Source of the DNA: Mobula hypostoma
Lineage: Eukaryota
Assembly (NCBI RefSeq): GCF_963921235.1
Contig: NC_086097.1
Coordinates: 93,002,001 to 93,066,000 of the forward strand
Direction of reading: 5' to 3'
Length of the DNA stretch: 64,000 nucleotides
A program made the translations under genes and the position numbers. Below the pieces are notes generated by a model, which saw nothing but the letters and a program-made list of their open reading frames with translations, made no database searches and was not told the origin of the DNA. This document shows positions 35,730 to 48,985 of the stretch, piece by piece (within the stretch, counting starts at the first letter, position 1; every line of letters begins with the position of its first letter).

Positions 35730-37204
35730 ATTTCTCTCCATAAAACTTGCCAAAACCTGACCAAAGTTTACATTGCTAACCAAATCTTCCTTTAGCTTGG
35801 TGTCTTATTTTAGTTGCTAAATCCATTGACAAACTCTTTTACAAATTTAAAAGACTTGTAATATGGTTCCAGTATCTAAATAAAAGGTTAATTTTCTTCT
35901 GTGAGAAAAGAAACAGTTGAAGATGCTTCATTGGAATTGAAAAGTAGACTAGACCTTGTAAAGCAGCAGGGAGGGGAAGGAGGTCTCTGAGAGGGTGAAA
36001 CCTAGTTAGTGAGTGAGCAGGTAGTGACAGCATAGACCAAAGAACATAGAATGTGGAAGTTGCAAAATGCAGAGTAGGAGGGTATGCCTGGCAGGTCAGG
36101 CTAGGACTGTCGGGTGCACCCAGAAAGAGAGAAAGTTGGGGGGAGGGGGGGAGAGACACCTGTGTTAGTATATAACTAATGCAGAAAAACCAAGTTATCT
36201 AAAGTTGTAGAATTCCACTGTTGAGCCAGATGATTATAATGTGCCTAGACTGAAGATTCCTTCATTTTCAAGTAAGCTTGACCAGAATGACATCTTCACA
36301 ACGTGCAGTGTGCTCCAGAAAACTAATGAAATACAAATATTTATACTAGAAGTATTGACACTTGTCTAATTTTTTTTTAAATTTGTTTGGCAGAGAGCTT
36401 TTTATTTTAATCATTGTTGTAGTCTGCTTGGCAGCACTTGCTGCAGGCATTTCAATCAGTAAAGAACATGTAAAAATGGGCTGCTCTGATGAATTTTGAA
36501 AAGTGAGTAGCACTCTTGTCTCTGTTGAAAGTTTATGGGTGTTCATTGCACTTGAGCTGGAGTTAAAGTGTACATTCAGAGCAGATTAAAGCTGTGCTGT
36601 TCGAGAAGCCATGTTTCTGAGGAGATGTCAAACTAAACATTTCATCATCTTTCCACACTCTCAAAAGATTTCACAGCACAATTCAAAGGGACCAGGACAA
36701 ATACTCAGTGTCCTATTTAATATTTCTCACAGCACAATATATGCAATTGCTTGTGTGCAAATAAGCACATTCTTTTCATTTAAACAATTTCTTCATTGAC
36801 TGTAATTTATATAGGGATATGAGGCAACTGCTGAGATTTGTGTTGGATCCACCAGCTCTACCTCAAAACGTAGAGGATATGCTTCATGTGCAGTCAGACG
36901 GGTATTTTATAGGATGGTGATTCCTTCCACTGTTTACAGTGGTGTTCCATGTGCTTCCAATTCCCAGGAGTCAGTACAGCGTTGTACTTTCAAGGACATT
37001 TTGAAAACATTCTTGAATCTTTTTCTGTGTTCATTGAGTAATCTTTCCATGACACATTTGAATAGAATAGAATAGACTAGACTGCTTCAGGAGTGTGGTG
37101 TTCACTGTCCACCTGAATGACATAGCCTACTCAACAGACTGGGGGAAGACAATGATGTTGATCACCTCTGCCTCAGATGGTTTGTTTAAGTTTGTAGAGG
37201 CAGG

Positions 37205-37410
37205 TTTTATTTATTGAGATACAGCATGGAATAGGCCCTTCCGGCCCTTGGTGCTGCACCACTCAGCAACCCCCAATTTAACCCTAACCTAATCGAGGAA
37301 CAATTTATAACAACCATTTAACCTATCAACTGGTACATCTTTGGATGCTGGGAGGAAACCCACGCATGACAGGGAAAATGTACAAACTCCTTACAGACAG
37401 CAGTGGGGTT
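37205..37410 (-). mobile_element. tRNA-derived SINE
   Basis: Same core as 7060-7312 (AATAGGCCCTTCCGGCCC..CAATTTA..GGGAGGAAACCCACGC..TACAAACTCCTTACAG). Confidence 0.8.
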
Positions 37411-40400
37411 GGTGGAATTCTTCCAGCACTTTGGGATCCCTTCTGTGGTTAGTCCAACATCTGGATGTATTGAGAGCAAGGTCATTGCTGCCTGATAGAG
37501 AAGTTTAATATGAGGTTTGAGTCCTATATCTTGGAATATGCTTGATCAGCCAAAGACTATATTGACATACAGAAAGGTGACAGTGGGTTTCATCCACGGA
37601 TGTCTTACCTGAAAAATGATGGATATGGGAAGTGCACCATGGTTTTTCAGGGTCTCACCGTGAACTTGAAGGTGGCATTGTACATTGGTAGTGGTGTAGA
37701 TTGGTTGTGGATCTTTGATTTTTGAGTGTAACGGCTGTTTTCCTTTTTATGTTCAATGAATGAGTCAAAGATAACTTGGAGCACCCAAATGTGGGCATCA
37801 TTTGCTGCTGTTGCTACCTAGTGTGGGGTAACTATGGTTCTAGAATGGAGACAACATGGGTTCAACATCTTATTTGTTTTGCTCTATTGGAAATCTTGTT
37901 GAGGTGTAACATTGCAGAAAGAAAGATTGAATAAGGCTGTAGGTTTGCATGTCTGCACCAAGATGATCTCTGTGGATCCGATTGGTTATGTTCATGGATT
38001 CAATGTTGTCATTAAGTAAATGAATGAATTTCTGCAAGCAGCAGAACTTGAGGGTACTCTGCAGTCCTTCTGGGTTGACAAAGTTAAAGATTTGGTTAAT
38101 GTCAAAATAGGCATGTTACATCTCCTGGAGTTGTTGAGAGGTGAAAATCCTGTCTACTGTGTGTCTATAGGATAAAATCCACACTGTAATTCCAGTAGTT
38201 GTGCTCTGGCCACTGGGCAGAGCTTTAACATCTTTGCTGGTAAAGAATACACTTATAACTGGAGTGTCAGCTTCACAAGGTCAACTCTCTGGAGCCAATT
38301 CTAAATAAAAGTATGAAAGTTACAGAGAAATATTATTCACTCTTGAATGAATGGTTGTATGTTCCATATTTTCCCCAATAAATGCATGTAAAAAGACTCA
38401 GTATTACTTAGGCAGATATTGAATCCTGAACCAATATTGTTTTTCAAAAGAAACTACTCCAGGGACTATTTTACTAACCTTGTTGTTGCAGTTGGAGAGT
38501 ACCAATGTTTCTTGGAGTCACTTTCATGCTCCAAAGTACCCTCAGAAAATTTTTCATTATGTACAACTATGCACTAATCAAAACAAGATCTGTTGTCTTG
38601 CTGTGGTTTGAATGTGTCCCTACATAATTTGTTCTAAACTACCTCCAATTTCAAATGAAGCTTAGAGACATGCGAGACTGCTGATGCTGGAATCCGAAGC
38701 ATTAAAAAGAGGGTCAGGCAGCGCTGTGTGTTTCTCTACACATGCTGGTTAGATCTCAGCTGAAGCATTCTGTCTAATTTTGGGTACCTTACTGCTGGAA
38801 GAATGTCAATACCTTTGAAAAGATGCGGGGGAAACGTAACTGATTAATAAGTGAGTTGTTATCTGGCAAAACTTTTTTAAAAATAAAAAGAAGCAATGAT
38901 TGTTCTCTCAAGTTTAACTGCTTGATGTTGAAGAATGAGGGATTTTAAGATGGCTCATGGAAAATAAATGTTTATTCTGGCTTAAAATGCGAGTAAGTAT
39001 AGAGTAATGATCATTGGCAAAACAAATTGTGGGTGGTTAAAAGGTGTAGTTTCATAAAGCAAGCTGTTGTGATCTGGGAAACACTGCCTGAAAAAATGTG
39101 ATGGAAATGGGTTAAATAGCAATTTTCAAAAGGATTTGCATTTGATTCTAAAATAACTGGGAGTCAAGGCCAGGAATTGGATAGCAAAGAGGAGTGAATG
39201 GTCTTCTAAACTGCTCAGTTTTATAATTCAGGAGTGCAGTGTTTGGTAGAAAATCAGTGCTAACATAAGTTGTGTAAGGTAGCTCAGAAATAAATCACAG
39301 GCATGTGGTTTTGGAAGCTTTTTTTTTGAAGCGTTGACCATATGGTTGTCATCATTGTTAATTCTCTGTCTTGTTACAAACTCATGGAGAGCATTTAAAG
39401 TGTTATCTATGTATAAACGTACAGGCACTTGCACTCATGCACATACACAGACGTGCATAAGACATGTAATATGCAGTTTCTGGATAGTATTTATAGTTAC
39501 CTATCCCTTTTGGATGAGATGGGGAATGGGGACAGGCTAGGAGGAGAGACCACTGTTCAGTGATAGCAGCTCACTGTGGCCGTACTTTGTGGGATCAGTA
39601 GTGTAGTGGTTAGGTTTCTGAATCAGTGATTTGGGGGAATAGATTAATAATAAAGAAAATTCAAGGCACATAATGAAAGGTATTGGATTACTGTGCCCTA
39701 GAGTCTGTTACCTGCCTGCTTGCCTAGGTTCTAATAAATAACTGTTTTGATCAATTTTGAATACTTTTCTGTAAAATAACCCCCCCCCCACCAACACCCT
39801 TCTGCGTGCAAAGTGTGTCTGAATATCCACGGAGAAACATTGCTCTGACTTGTGTTATTTGTCTTGTTTCTGGGCTCTCCCCACCCCCTCCCCCATGAGG
39901 GAATTGCAGTTTCTCTCCATCCATTTTACTAAATCCCTTAATCATATAAAAACACTAAATTAGGTCACGCCTAACAAGTTTCATGTTGTTTTTCATGTTG
40001 TTTGGGAAGCAGTTACGTAAACTGCTCAACTAAAGAATATGCCATAAATTAGATGTGTTCCCTAGTTATTCTCACCATCAGTTAAGGGGATTTGCTGCTA
40101 GTTTACAGTATTGATACAGCTTACTTCCTCTTTGTAAGGAATATTTAAAACTTTGCACTTTATAAAAACGGTCCATTTATTTTTTTTCCCTCTTAATGGT
40201 TTCAGTGAGTTGGTGATCTGTAATGATGTCTACCCAGCATCCATTTGAAGCCCCAGCCCCAGGCAAACACCTATTACATCAGATATCACCAATTCTGTGG
40301 GGACTGTTAGCAATCAGTTCAGCTCATGATTTGAAGTAAATTCTGTGTGTCTGCTGCTTGCCTTCACTCTGATTGTTGTTCAGAGGTGTGTGGTCTGTTT

Positions 40401-40599
40401 TCAATGAGTAAGTCTGCTTTACGAAACCTTCTCAGTTATTAATCTGTTGGATTGTATTTTTCTTTCTCCTTTATCTTCTCTTTCTACCTCCTTGATTGCT
40501 CCTTGTCTGTGCCCCACTATTATATCCCTCTCAAAGTGCTTAAGGTGGCTTATTTGAAGTTATTGCCAATATTGAGTGAGACATGAAATCTCTTGTGCA

Positions 40600-41450
40600 A
40601 TACACAAAAAGCTGGAGGAACTCAGCAAGTCAGGCAGCATCTGTGGTGGGGAGTAAGCAGTAAGCATTTTGGGCTGAGACTTCCATCAGGACTGAAAAGG
40701 AATAAGGCAGAAGCCAGAATAAGGATGTAGGAGGAATGAAAGAAGTACAAGCTAGCAGGTGATAGGTGAGAAAAAGTGGGTGTGTTGGGAGGGAGAATGA
40801 AGTAAGAAGCTGGGAGGGGATAGGCAGAAGAAGTAAAGGACTGAAGAAGAAGGAATCTGATAGGAAAAGAGAGCAGACCATGGAAGGAGGAGAAGGAGGA
40901 GGGAAACCTGAGGGAAGTAATGGGCAAGTGAGCAGAAGAGAAGGGGTGAAGAGGGTAACCAGAATGGGGAATGGTAAAAGAGAGAAGGAAGGACAGAATA
41001 GAAATTACCAGAAGCTGGAGAAATTAATGTTTATGCCATCAGGTTGGAAGATGAAATATAAGGTGTTGTTCCTCAAATCTGAGTTTGGCCTTAGTCTGGC
41101 AGTAAAGGAGACTGACAACTGTATCAAAATGGAATGTGAAGTCAATTTGAAATGGGAATCCTCCAGGAGATCCCATTTTTGCAGTTGAATGAGTGAAACT
41201 GTGTGATGAAGTCATCCCCCTATCTGCCTCGGGTCTTAATCAATGTTGAGGAGGCTGTTCTGGGAGCACCGGATACAGTAGGTGACCCTGACAGCCTCGC
41301 AGGTGAAATGTCACCGCACTTGGAAGGACTGTTTGGGACCCTGAATGGTGGTGAGGGAGGTTGTATAGGGCAGGTATAGCATTTGTCACAATTGTAGGGA
41401 TCGGTGGAGGGAGATCAGTGGACAAAGGAGTCACATAAAGAGCAATCACT
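40600..41450 (-). mobile_element. Penelope-like element 3' remnant (GIY-YIG region)
   Basis: Parallels 60725-61480: antisense QPDGINI.FS.F C-terminus, a GVTYCI.C remnant, and the terminal GCTGGAGGAACTCAGCA. Confidence 0.8.
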
Positions 41451-42647
41451 ATGGGATCTGAGATGTCTTGTGTCTGTTTTTAAGCTTCATTTTTCAGTTT
41501 GTACAACAATATTAATTAAGTTGGTTATCAATAAGTTTGGTACTGTAGTTCCAGAGATGGTGCGTTGTATTCCTACCATGGCTTCAGTTCTTTAAGGAAG
41601 TTCAAAGGGCTGCCATTAGTAAATGTGTACATATCTTAGAATTTTTTGTAAAATCCTGTCTGCACAAAAGAAGCATTCTGATGTGGCCTCACAAGGATCG
41701 TGGCTTTGCTGACTCTTAACTGTCAGTAAGTGGCCAAGGAAACCATTCAGTCATATGAAGCTGTCAAGATATGTAAACTGGGATGGGCGATAAATAACAG
41801 GCAATCTCAATAATGCTCATGCGACAGGATTGAATTATAACACTGGTGAAAGTAATTAACTTTGAAGTTAGAGATCTGGGAGGAACATAGAAATATTTCA
41901 ATTAAGTACCAATTTGTTACTGTTCTACACTCCCAGTTTCGAGTGGCATATGTTCCTGAAATCAGGTGAGAGCTTATTTTATAGTGACCTACTCCAAACA
42001 GCTTTGTGAAGCTTTGGCTTAAAGATCCATGGCCCTCTCTAACCCTCTGAGCCTCTGAGCCTTGCACATTTTGACAACCAAGGGTGAACATAGTTCTTCA
42101 GGCAAGTCTGCAAAGCACATGTGACTTGTCTCATCTTCTCAATTCAAGCCAAAATCACTTTGCAGGAAATCCAGATAATTTTGGAGCCGAGCTTCACTTC
42201 AGCACAGATTCATATATGCCATTTGCTGCTGTTTTAGGAAGAATAGTGAGTGTGATGTGAAGTAGTTGTCCTGAATTGCTGGTTTATGGGAGTAACTTGC
42301 ACTCTTGTAATTTTTAATGTACCCTATTTTTATATTGCACATTCCCCCAGCCTAAAGTAATGTCTCTGGGCACCTTTTAAACAGAGGTTCCAGTAGTCCA
42401 TTGCCTTTCAGCAGCCCCTCAACCAAGTCAAGGCACTTTCCACTTAGCAGAAGCGGAGTTTATTTATTTAAGTAGACTAGAGCACTGTGCAGCCTTGATG
42501 AGGGGTGCGAATTGCTGTCTGGTAGGATTGACTTAAAACTGTTAAGATTCTTTCTGGTGCTGATACAGGAGTGTGGTGTCTCAGTGTGTTGGTTTGTTTT
42601 TGACATACTGAAATCTCTGTTCTGCATTTCACAGGTCTAATTATGAA

Positions 42648-44199
42648 ATGTCCTGCCTCTTGATGTCGTATGACATGAACTGCACTGATTGTAACGTGAG
42701 CAGCTTAAGCAGCACAGCCATGGGAAAGATGATGCTGGGGCACAATGGAGTCCGAAGCAGCAGAGAGTATAAAGATAGGGCTGCTGATGGTGAGAGCAAA
42801 CAGGAGTACCTTCCTAAGTACCGCAAAACGTATCCGCTCCGGAAACGTATTCATTGTCAGTCAGGCGATATCTCTTCCCTGGAAATTGCCAAGGATCTGG
42901 AAGGGATGTCGGTTGACGGAGCGAGTCCTACGCAGGCCATCACAGAGCACTGGGATTACCAAGGCAGCCGGGACAGACTACGAGCAGAAGGGCCTAAGGA
43001 AGAGAGAACTGAGGACACTGGAAAGGAGAATGACAGGACAGCAGCTGTGGTGCCACGTGCTGCTGAACCACGCCCTCGAAGGCTGGCCAGCCTGAATGCA
43101 GAGGCGGTCAACAACTTGTTGCTGGAACGCGAGGACTTCCCATCATCCAGCCGTCGATGCCGGAGGAGCACCAGCTGTAGCACGGAGTATATAGAGGGCA
43201 AGGCTGGGCATCCAGCCAAACGGCGGATGGGAAGCCTGGGCAGCTCGTCAGATGGCGAGGTCTTCGCCAAGGCGGAGAACGGCACTGCTCTGCCCAGTGG
43301 CAGCTGCCCAAATGTATCAGCTGAATCGCCAGCCAAAAAGCGCATGGCCAGCCTCAATGCTGCTGCATTTCTCAAGTTGAGCAATGCCAAGGACAACTCT
43401 GCCACCCGCCGCAGCCGGGCTGATGGGGAGGGCAAGCCCGGAAGGAGGGTGCCCTGCTCACATGCACTGGCTGGGCAGCAGTGCACGCAAGCCAAGAGGA
43501 AGGACCCACGGGGCAGCGTCGCTGCTGGACCATCACCAGTTGCCAGCGCTGGGGACTGCGAAGGGCCGCCAGGGACGGAATCTGCCTTCTCGGGCAGGTT
43601 GTCCAGTACTGCAGACCTTCCCTGCCAATATGCAGACAAGGCCAAGCAATATTTACGTCGATTCTCAATGTTCATGGGAGATCAAGCCATGGTTCAGCCT
43701 AAGTGTCAGGCTATGGAGGGGAGCATGCCTTCAAGTGCTGACTTTACACAGCCGTTCCAGTCGCACTCAAAATTGACTCTGCTGGATAATTTTGTGTCTG
43801 CTTCAGACCACTATGACCTGCTGCCTCCTGATGTCTGTCTTGCTTCCTCCGTGGATGAGCTCTACTTACAGTATGATAGAAATGACCTGTTGCCCATTGG
43901 ATGCAACTCTCCACGCAGCTGCTCCATGTGTTCAGCCAGTTTCTCCTGTTGTACCTTACCTGATGATGAAGGGACCCTACTCGTGTCACAGAGCACTGTA
44001 CCCTCAGGTATCCCTTTCTCATGTGCTCCATGCAGGGACTCCCTTTGCTTTGTGGGAGATACGGCCTCTGTACAGTGCGTGGGTGTCACTGGCTACGATC
44101 TTTGCCGAGTGCTTCATCCATCACTGAGTACGGACATAGTCGGGAGGACTTTAAACTCAAGCCAAACAAACTCTCTCCACAAACTGGGACAGAAAACAG
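42648..44199 (+). CDS. BAHD1: BAHD1 (bromo adjacent homology domain-containing protein 1), first large coding exon (exon starts 42635)
   Basis: RKTYPLRKR, RRLASLNAEAVNNLLLERED, KRMASLNAAAFLKLS, EGTLLVSQSTVPSGIPF and GVTGYDLCRVL match human BAHD1 as I recall it. Acceptor TTTCACAG| at 42634 and donor CAG|GTAAGA at 44200 (phase 1). The start codon choice is uncertain. Confidence 0.93.
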
Positions 44200-45007
44200 G
44201 TAAGAAATCACCATTAGTAGAGCTTGTAAGATATCATCATGGACTGAGATGGTAGGTTTCCATTGGATGAATCTGAAATCGTTGAAAGGAAGTTTCAATT
44301 TTTCTCTGAATTTTGCTGTCTTGGTGCAGTAACTTTGAGGTATAAATGTTAAAGTTAGTCAGTTAACGAATCCAGGAATATTTGCATTTCTCGGAGAGCG
44401 ATTTGATTGTGGTACATAAAGGAGTTGAGACGTTATGTAGGTGGCTTGAAGGACTTGTGTAGTAATCATGTTAAGGAGAGAAATAATATTCGCTATAAGG
44501 TAACAAGCTGGGAGGAAGCTTTTGTGGAGCAGGAGTGCTAGCGTTGATTTTGGTGTGAATGGCCAGTCCCTTTGAGTTTTGACTTAACCTCTCACATGTG
44601 ACCCATTTCTCTGATGCAGTTTGGTCTTGCATCCAGCCAAGATGAAGACTGACTTCTCTACACCATCTTTGGCCACAGCCTCTCACTATATGCAATTTAA
44701 CAATGTTGAACTGGATTTTATTCACTCATTGGAACTACACTTGGTTACCATTTCAATGATGGCTGAACTTGCAATTCTAGCCCTTATGTTCAAGACTTTC
44801 ATGACATTCCCCTTTACTGCCTTCTTAATCCTTGAAATAATTCTGCTTCCTAGACTCGTAACTTTGGATTTCTCTCTTTTAAAAAAAAAACTCTGTTCTT
44901 TTTATGTCCTCCCATAAAACTGACAAACTTCTTTTGACCTCTGTTGCTGTTGTACGGGTTAGCCTGACCATAACAGCTGTAAAATGTCATGATTTTTTCT
45001 TATAATA

Positions 45008-45206
45008 AGGGTGGTACGGTAGTGTGGTTAACACAATGCTTTATGGTACCAGTGACCCCAGTTCATTTTCCACTGCTGTCCATGAGGAATTTGTATATTC
45101 TCCCAGTGACCGTGTGGATTTCCTCCGGGTGCTCCAGTTTCCTACTAAAGATGTACCGATTGGTAGGTTATTTGGTCATTGTAAATTGTCTTGTGATTTG
45201 GCTAGG
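45008..45206 (+). mobile_element. tRNA-derived SINE, 3'-truncated at a MITE junction
   Basis: GGTACGGTAGTGTGGTTAACAC head, then the core TTTCCTCCGGGTGCTCCAGTTTCCT..TTGGTCATTGTAAATTGTC. Confidence 0.8.
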
Positions 45207-45695
45207 GTGTCTAAAGCTTTTGCACAGTACTATATTTTCAACGTGGAGTGGACAGCAAATTTGTAAATCTGGTGGGAGCAAAGGATATTGGGAATGGCGA
45301 GTCTGTGGGAAGGGTGTGGGAAGGGTATGGGGAGTGGCAGCGAAGGTTTGTCAGGGACGGGGGTGAGTCTGGCGTGGGTGCAGATACACCCAGCCCTCAG
45401 ACGCAAAATCATTTGATTCCAAACAATTGGTTTATAGATCATTACTGAATGTCTTTCTGGTGCTTCCCGCTCCTTCTCCTCTCCATTTTCCTTTTTCCAA
45501 CCATGATTCTTTTCGCCCTGCCTCCCTTCTGCTCTCAGTCCACAGTAGAGACATGTATCAGAATCGGGTTTATCATCACTCACATTTGTGTTTGGGGCAA
45601 CAGTTCAGTGCAATACATAAAATTACTCTAGTACTGTGCAAAAGTCTTGGGCACATATTTATAGCTAGGGTGCCTAAGACTTTTACACAGTACTG
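45201..45695. mobile_element. Tc1/mariner-type MITE (family copy 2) with terminal mini-hairpin
   Basis: Left half-unit GCTAGGGTGTCTAAAGCTTTTGCACAGTAC and a complete right hairpin 45629-45695 (AGTACTGTGCAAAAGTCTT...AAGACTTTTACACAGTACTG). Internal sequence as in copies 1 and 3. Confidence 0.8.
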
Positions 45696-47527
45696 TATAT
45701 GATGCTTTTGCATTATTGCGTCACATAACATTTAGACCACCTCTGGTATAACAGGTATGGCCTTGAGACCATGAGGAGAAACCAGTGCAGGAGATTCTCT
45801 GGCTCTGACTGGATAGTTGCAATGGAGTCAGGCAGGTGTAGTTTTTCCAGTGTGGATGTTGCTGGGGATGCATAGTTGTTCATGTCATTGAAAAGAAAAA
45901 GGTAGCGTTATATGTCATATGTACATCAAAACAGTGAAATGCATCATTTGCATCATATCAAATCAGTGAGGATTGTGCTGGGGGATGTCTGCGAGTGTTG
46001 CCATGTTTCCAACCCTAGCCTGAACTTTGGAAACTGAAACACCTGGAAGAAACCCACATGGTCATGGGAAAAACATACAAACTCCTTACAGTCACAGGAG
46101 CCAAACCCCAACTGGTGATCACTGGTGCTGCAAAGGGTTTCCACTATCCACTATGCTATTGTGAAGCCCCATTCAATCCTACAAGCACATCTATATCATC
46201 CAACTGTACTGTTAATTACCTACATTGGTTTCATTGCTTTCACCTTCTCAGACACCAGATCCAATCCTATAATCTGTGTCTCTCCAGTCTCTGCAACCCT
46301 CTGTTTTTGCCAAGAAACATCCACGTGGTTTATAGTTGATCATGTCACAGGTTTTCTTGAAATCTATACTTTACCAAGCATTTAATGATAACACAAGAGA
46401 TTGCAGATGCTGTAAATCTAGAGCACCTTGGCCAAGGGCCTGAAGAACGGCGAGAAGGAAACATTTAGTTGCCAGGGTATCACTGTGGTCTGCTTTGATA
46501 TTGATCTGAGGCAGGTGCCTAACTGAACAGATTCATCTAAGGAGTTTTAGGAAAGATAAATTTGGGAATTTTTGTTGAAGAGGAAAGAGATGTTGGGGAT
46601 AGATTGGTTGAATGTCAAGACAGGTGTAAAGCATTCTTCTTTGGAAATAGTGGTGATAACAGATGATTTTAAGAAAGAGGCATTGTACTTGGGAAGCTAG
46701 TGTGGGTGGTGCGTTTGGGGGAACAGAACAGAAAATTAGGTGACCAGCATTTCATTGGGAATAGAGATGTATGCAGTTGGTATAGTAGATGAGCCCAGCT
46801 TGACAAGAAAGAGCAGAGACAGGATACAGTTAGACAAAGATGCAATGTTTCACCTACCCAGGGCAAAGACTTTGAAATTTGTCTCATTAATTTTGAGGAA
46901 GGGCTGGAAGTCTAAGATGCAGATAGTCACATTGTACCAATGTCTACATGCTCCCTGATCTTACGAAGGAAAGAAGAAAAAGTTTTAAGCTGATGGTTTG
47001 CTGTTGGAGGGGGAAGGGTGGGGAGTCAGGGCATATCTTGGCAAACCAAGAGGATTTTGGTACTGTACTGCAAGGAGATGTGATGAAGTATATATAGTCT
47101 ACCATTTCTGTTCAGTTCTGCATTATTTAGTCTGAAGCGAGTAGAGGTGAGAAAGATGTTGGAGATGGGCCAAAAAATGAGAGAGTAATGAGCATCAAAA
47201 ATGGTAGTGATGTAGTTGAGAGTTCTCTAATTGCAAATGGGGAGCCAAAGGCTGAATCTTGCTGCACAAACTAAAGTAATTTGGCCTGTGATGGTTCTTT
47301 TGAAAGAGCTGTCCACTATTCTCAACTGTTTTTCTTCATGGTTTTTAAGTTTTGCAGATTTTGATTCAAATTTTTAAATTTATTCAGATAATTTAATTGC
47401 TGAATACTGAACTAGTCCTTGTAAAAAAAAAGGTAGGTTAATGTCAATCACAATCTATCAGTAGGGTGGCGATTACTCACCAACTGTTCAAGTGCATTAA
47501 TATACTATCTGTAGCAGTTCTGGCCTG

Positions 47528-47656
47528 ATTTATTTAGAGATACAATGTGAAATAGGCCTTCCCGGCCCATGAAGCTGTACTGCCCAGCAACCCACCAATT
47601 TAACCTTAATCTTATCATAGGACAATTTACAATGACCAATCAGATCCCACCAATTA
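47528..47656 (-). mobile_element. SINE 3' fragment
   Basis: AATAGGCCTTCCCGGCCC..GGACAATTTACAATGACCAAT core. Confidence 0.75.
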
Positions 47657-48749
47657 GTGAATGTGTTACTATTATCTATTTGGGAATACCTTTTGGCTAT
47701 GGTAATATTGTTAATTTGCTGGGAGAGAACTCTTGACTCTTTCATGGGATTGGGAATGGGTGATGTGAAACTTCTTAGAATGGCACTGGTTTATGGCAGG
47801 AACTGGAAGACATTCCTTATCCATTGGCCAATTGCAAATTTAATGCTTGGAGAAGTAATGATCTGAACCAATCTGTTTATGTGCCATTTACTGGATTGTC
47901 TACCAAACTTCCAAAATCTGATTTGAACAAATTTTGGAGGATCTGCCTTGGGTGTAGCAGCTATAGCACACTGTCAGTAGCACTGTTGTATCTGAGCCCA
48001 AATGCAAAGGATCCAAGTTCTGCTTCAGGTATTTCAGGATGTTTTAAGTATGCTGGCACTCCTATTGTTGCCTATGGATTCATTGCTGTCTGGGAAATAG
48101 CAGCTGGAAGGCTGAGGCATTAAATCAAAGCATTGGTACCAAAAGAGCAAATTCAATTAAATGGCACTATTTCAAAGAAGAGTGAGGAACTCAGATCCTG
48201 ACCCATATTTTATCTTTGAAGTTAGATACCTATAACATAAACTGATTAGTTTTCAGTGGAGACAGTGTATTTTTAGAGCAGTCACCTCATGATGCTCTCT
48301 GGGACATCCTGAGGCAGTGGAAGGGAATGTACAGACTGTCTTCCCAAATCTTTGGTGGTGTCTCAGGGATCCTAGGAGCCAAGCAGACGACTATTGTCCA
48401 CATTGTTGATTCCTTTGTACTAGGACAAGCTCAACTGTTCAGTGAGTTTGCTTCTGGGCTCAGATGATAGTTCGGGGGGAGAAAAAAGTTCATTCCAGTT
48501 TCTTCAATATTCTTGTGATGCATGGCACTAAATACATCATTAAATTCCTTCTATGTATTTCAACCTTGGAAACAGTGTCAGAGGCGACTTGCTGCTGCTG
48601 TGCGCTCTGTTTGAAACAAAAGAAAGAAGGTGCTGTAGGTTTTATGTCGCACTAGATCAGGTTTTATCGCACGAGATTGGATATTTTGTGACAGTAAGTG
48701 GAACAACTGGAGCTCGTATTGGAACCAGTGATACAAGCAGAGAGGAAAC

Positions 48750-48985
48750 ATAGTTAGCACAATGCTTTATAGTACAGGTGACCCGAATTCAATTCCTGCT
48801 GCTGCCTGTAAGAAGTTTTTACATTCTACCCCGTGATCGTGTGTGTTTCCTCCCACAGTCCAAAGACAGACTGGTTGGTAAGTGTAAATCGTCCCATGAT
48901 AAGTCCAGGGTTAAATCGAAGGATTGCTGGGCAGTGTGGTTTGAAGGGCTGGAAGGGCCTTTTCCATGCTGTATCTCAATAAATC
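48750..48985 (+). mobile_element. tRNA-derived SINE
   Basis: GTTAGCACAATGCTTTA..GACCCGAATTCAATTCC..CTCCCACAGTCCAAAGAC..GAAGGGCCT..CTCAATAAAT. Confidence 0.8.

Noticed and set aside
35016..35783. Four long G/E/R- or P/S/L-rich ORFs
   Set aside because: They are translations of the C/T tract, which has no stop codons because of its composition.
40206..40407. Possible extra 5'UTR exon (TTTCAG acceptor, GA|GTAAGT donor)
   Set aside because: The splice-like signals are plausible but there is no other support, and such pairs arise by chance in a 30-kb intron.
42956..43675. 239-aa antisense ORF and other frames over the BAHD1 exon
   Set aside because: Shadow ORFs of GC-rich coding sequence with no recognisable motifs.
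44200..44255. Last 18 codons of the 535-aa ORF
   Set aside because: Read-through into the intron past the GTAAGA donor. The spliced frame continues at 51276.
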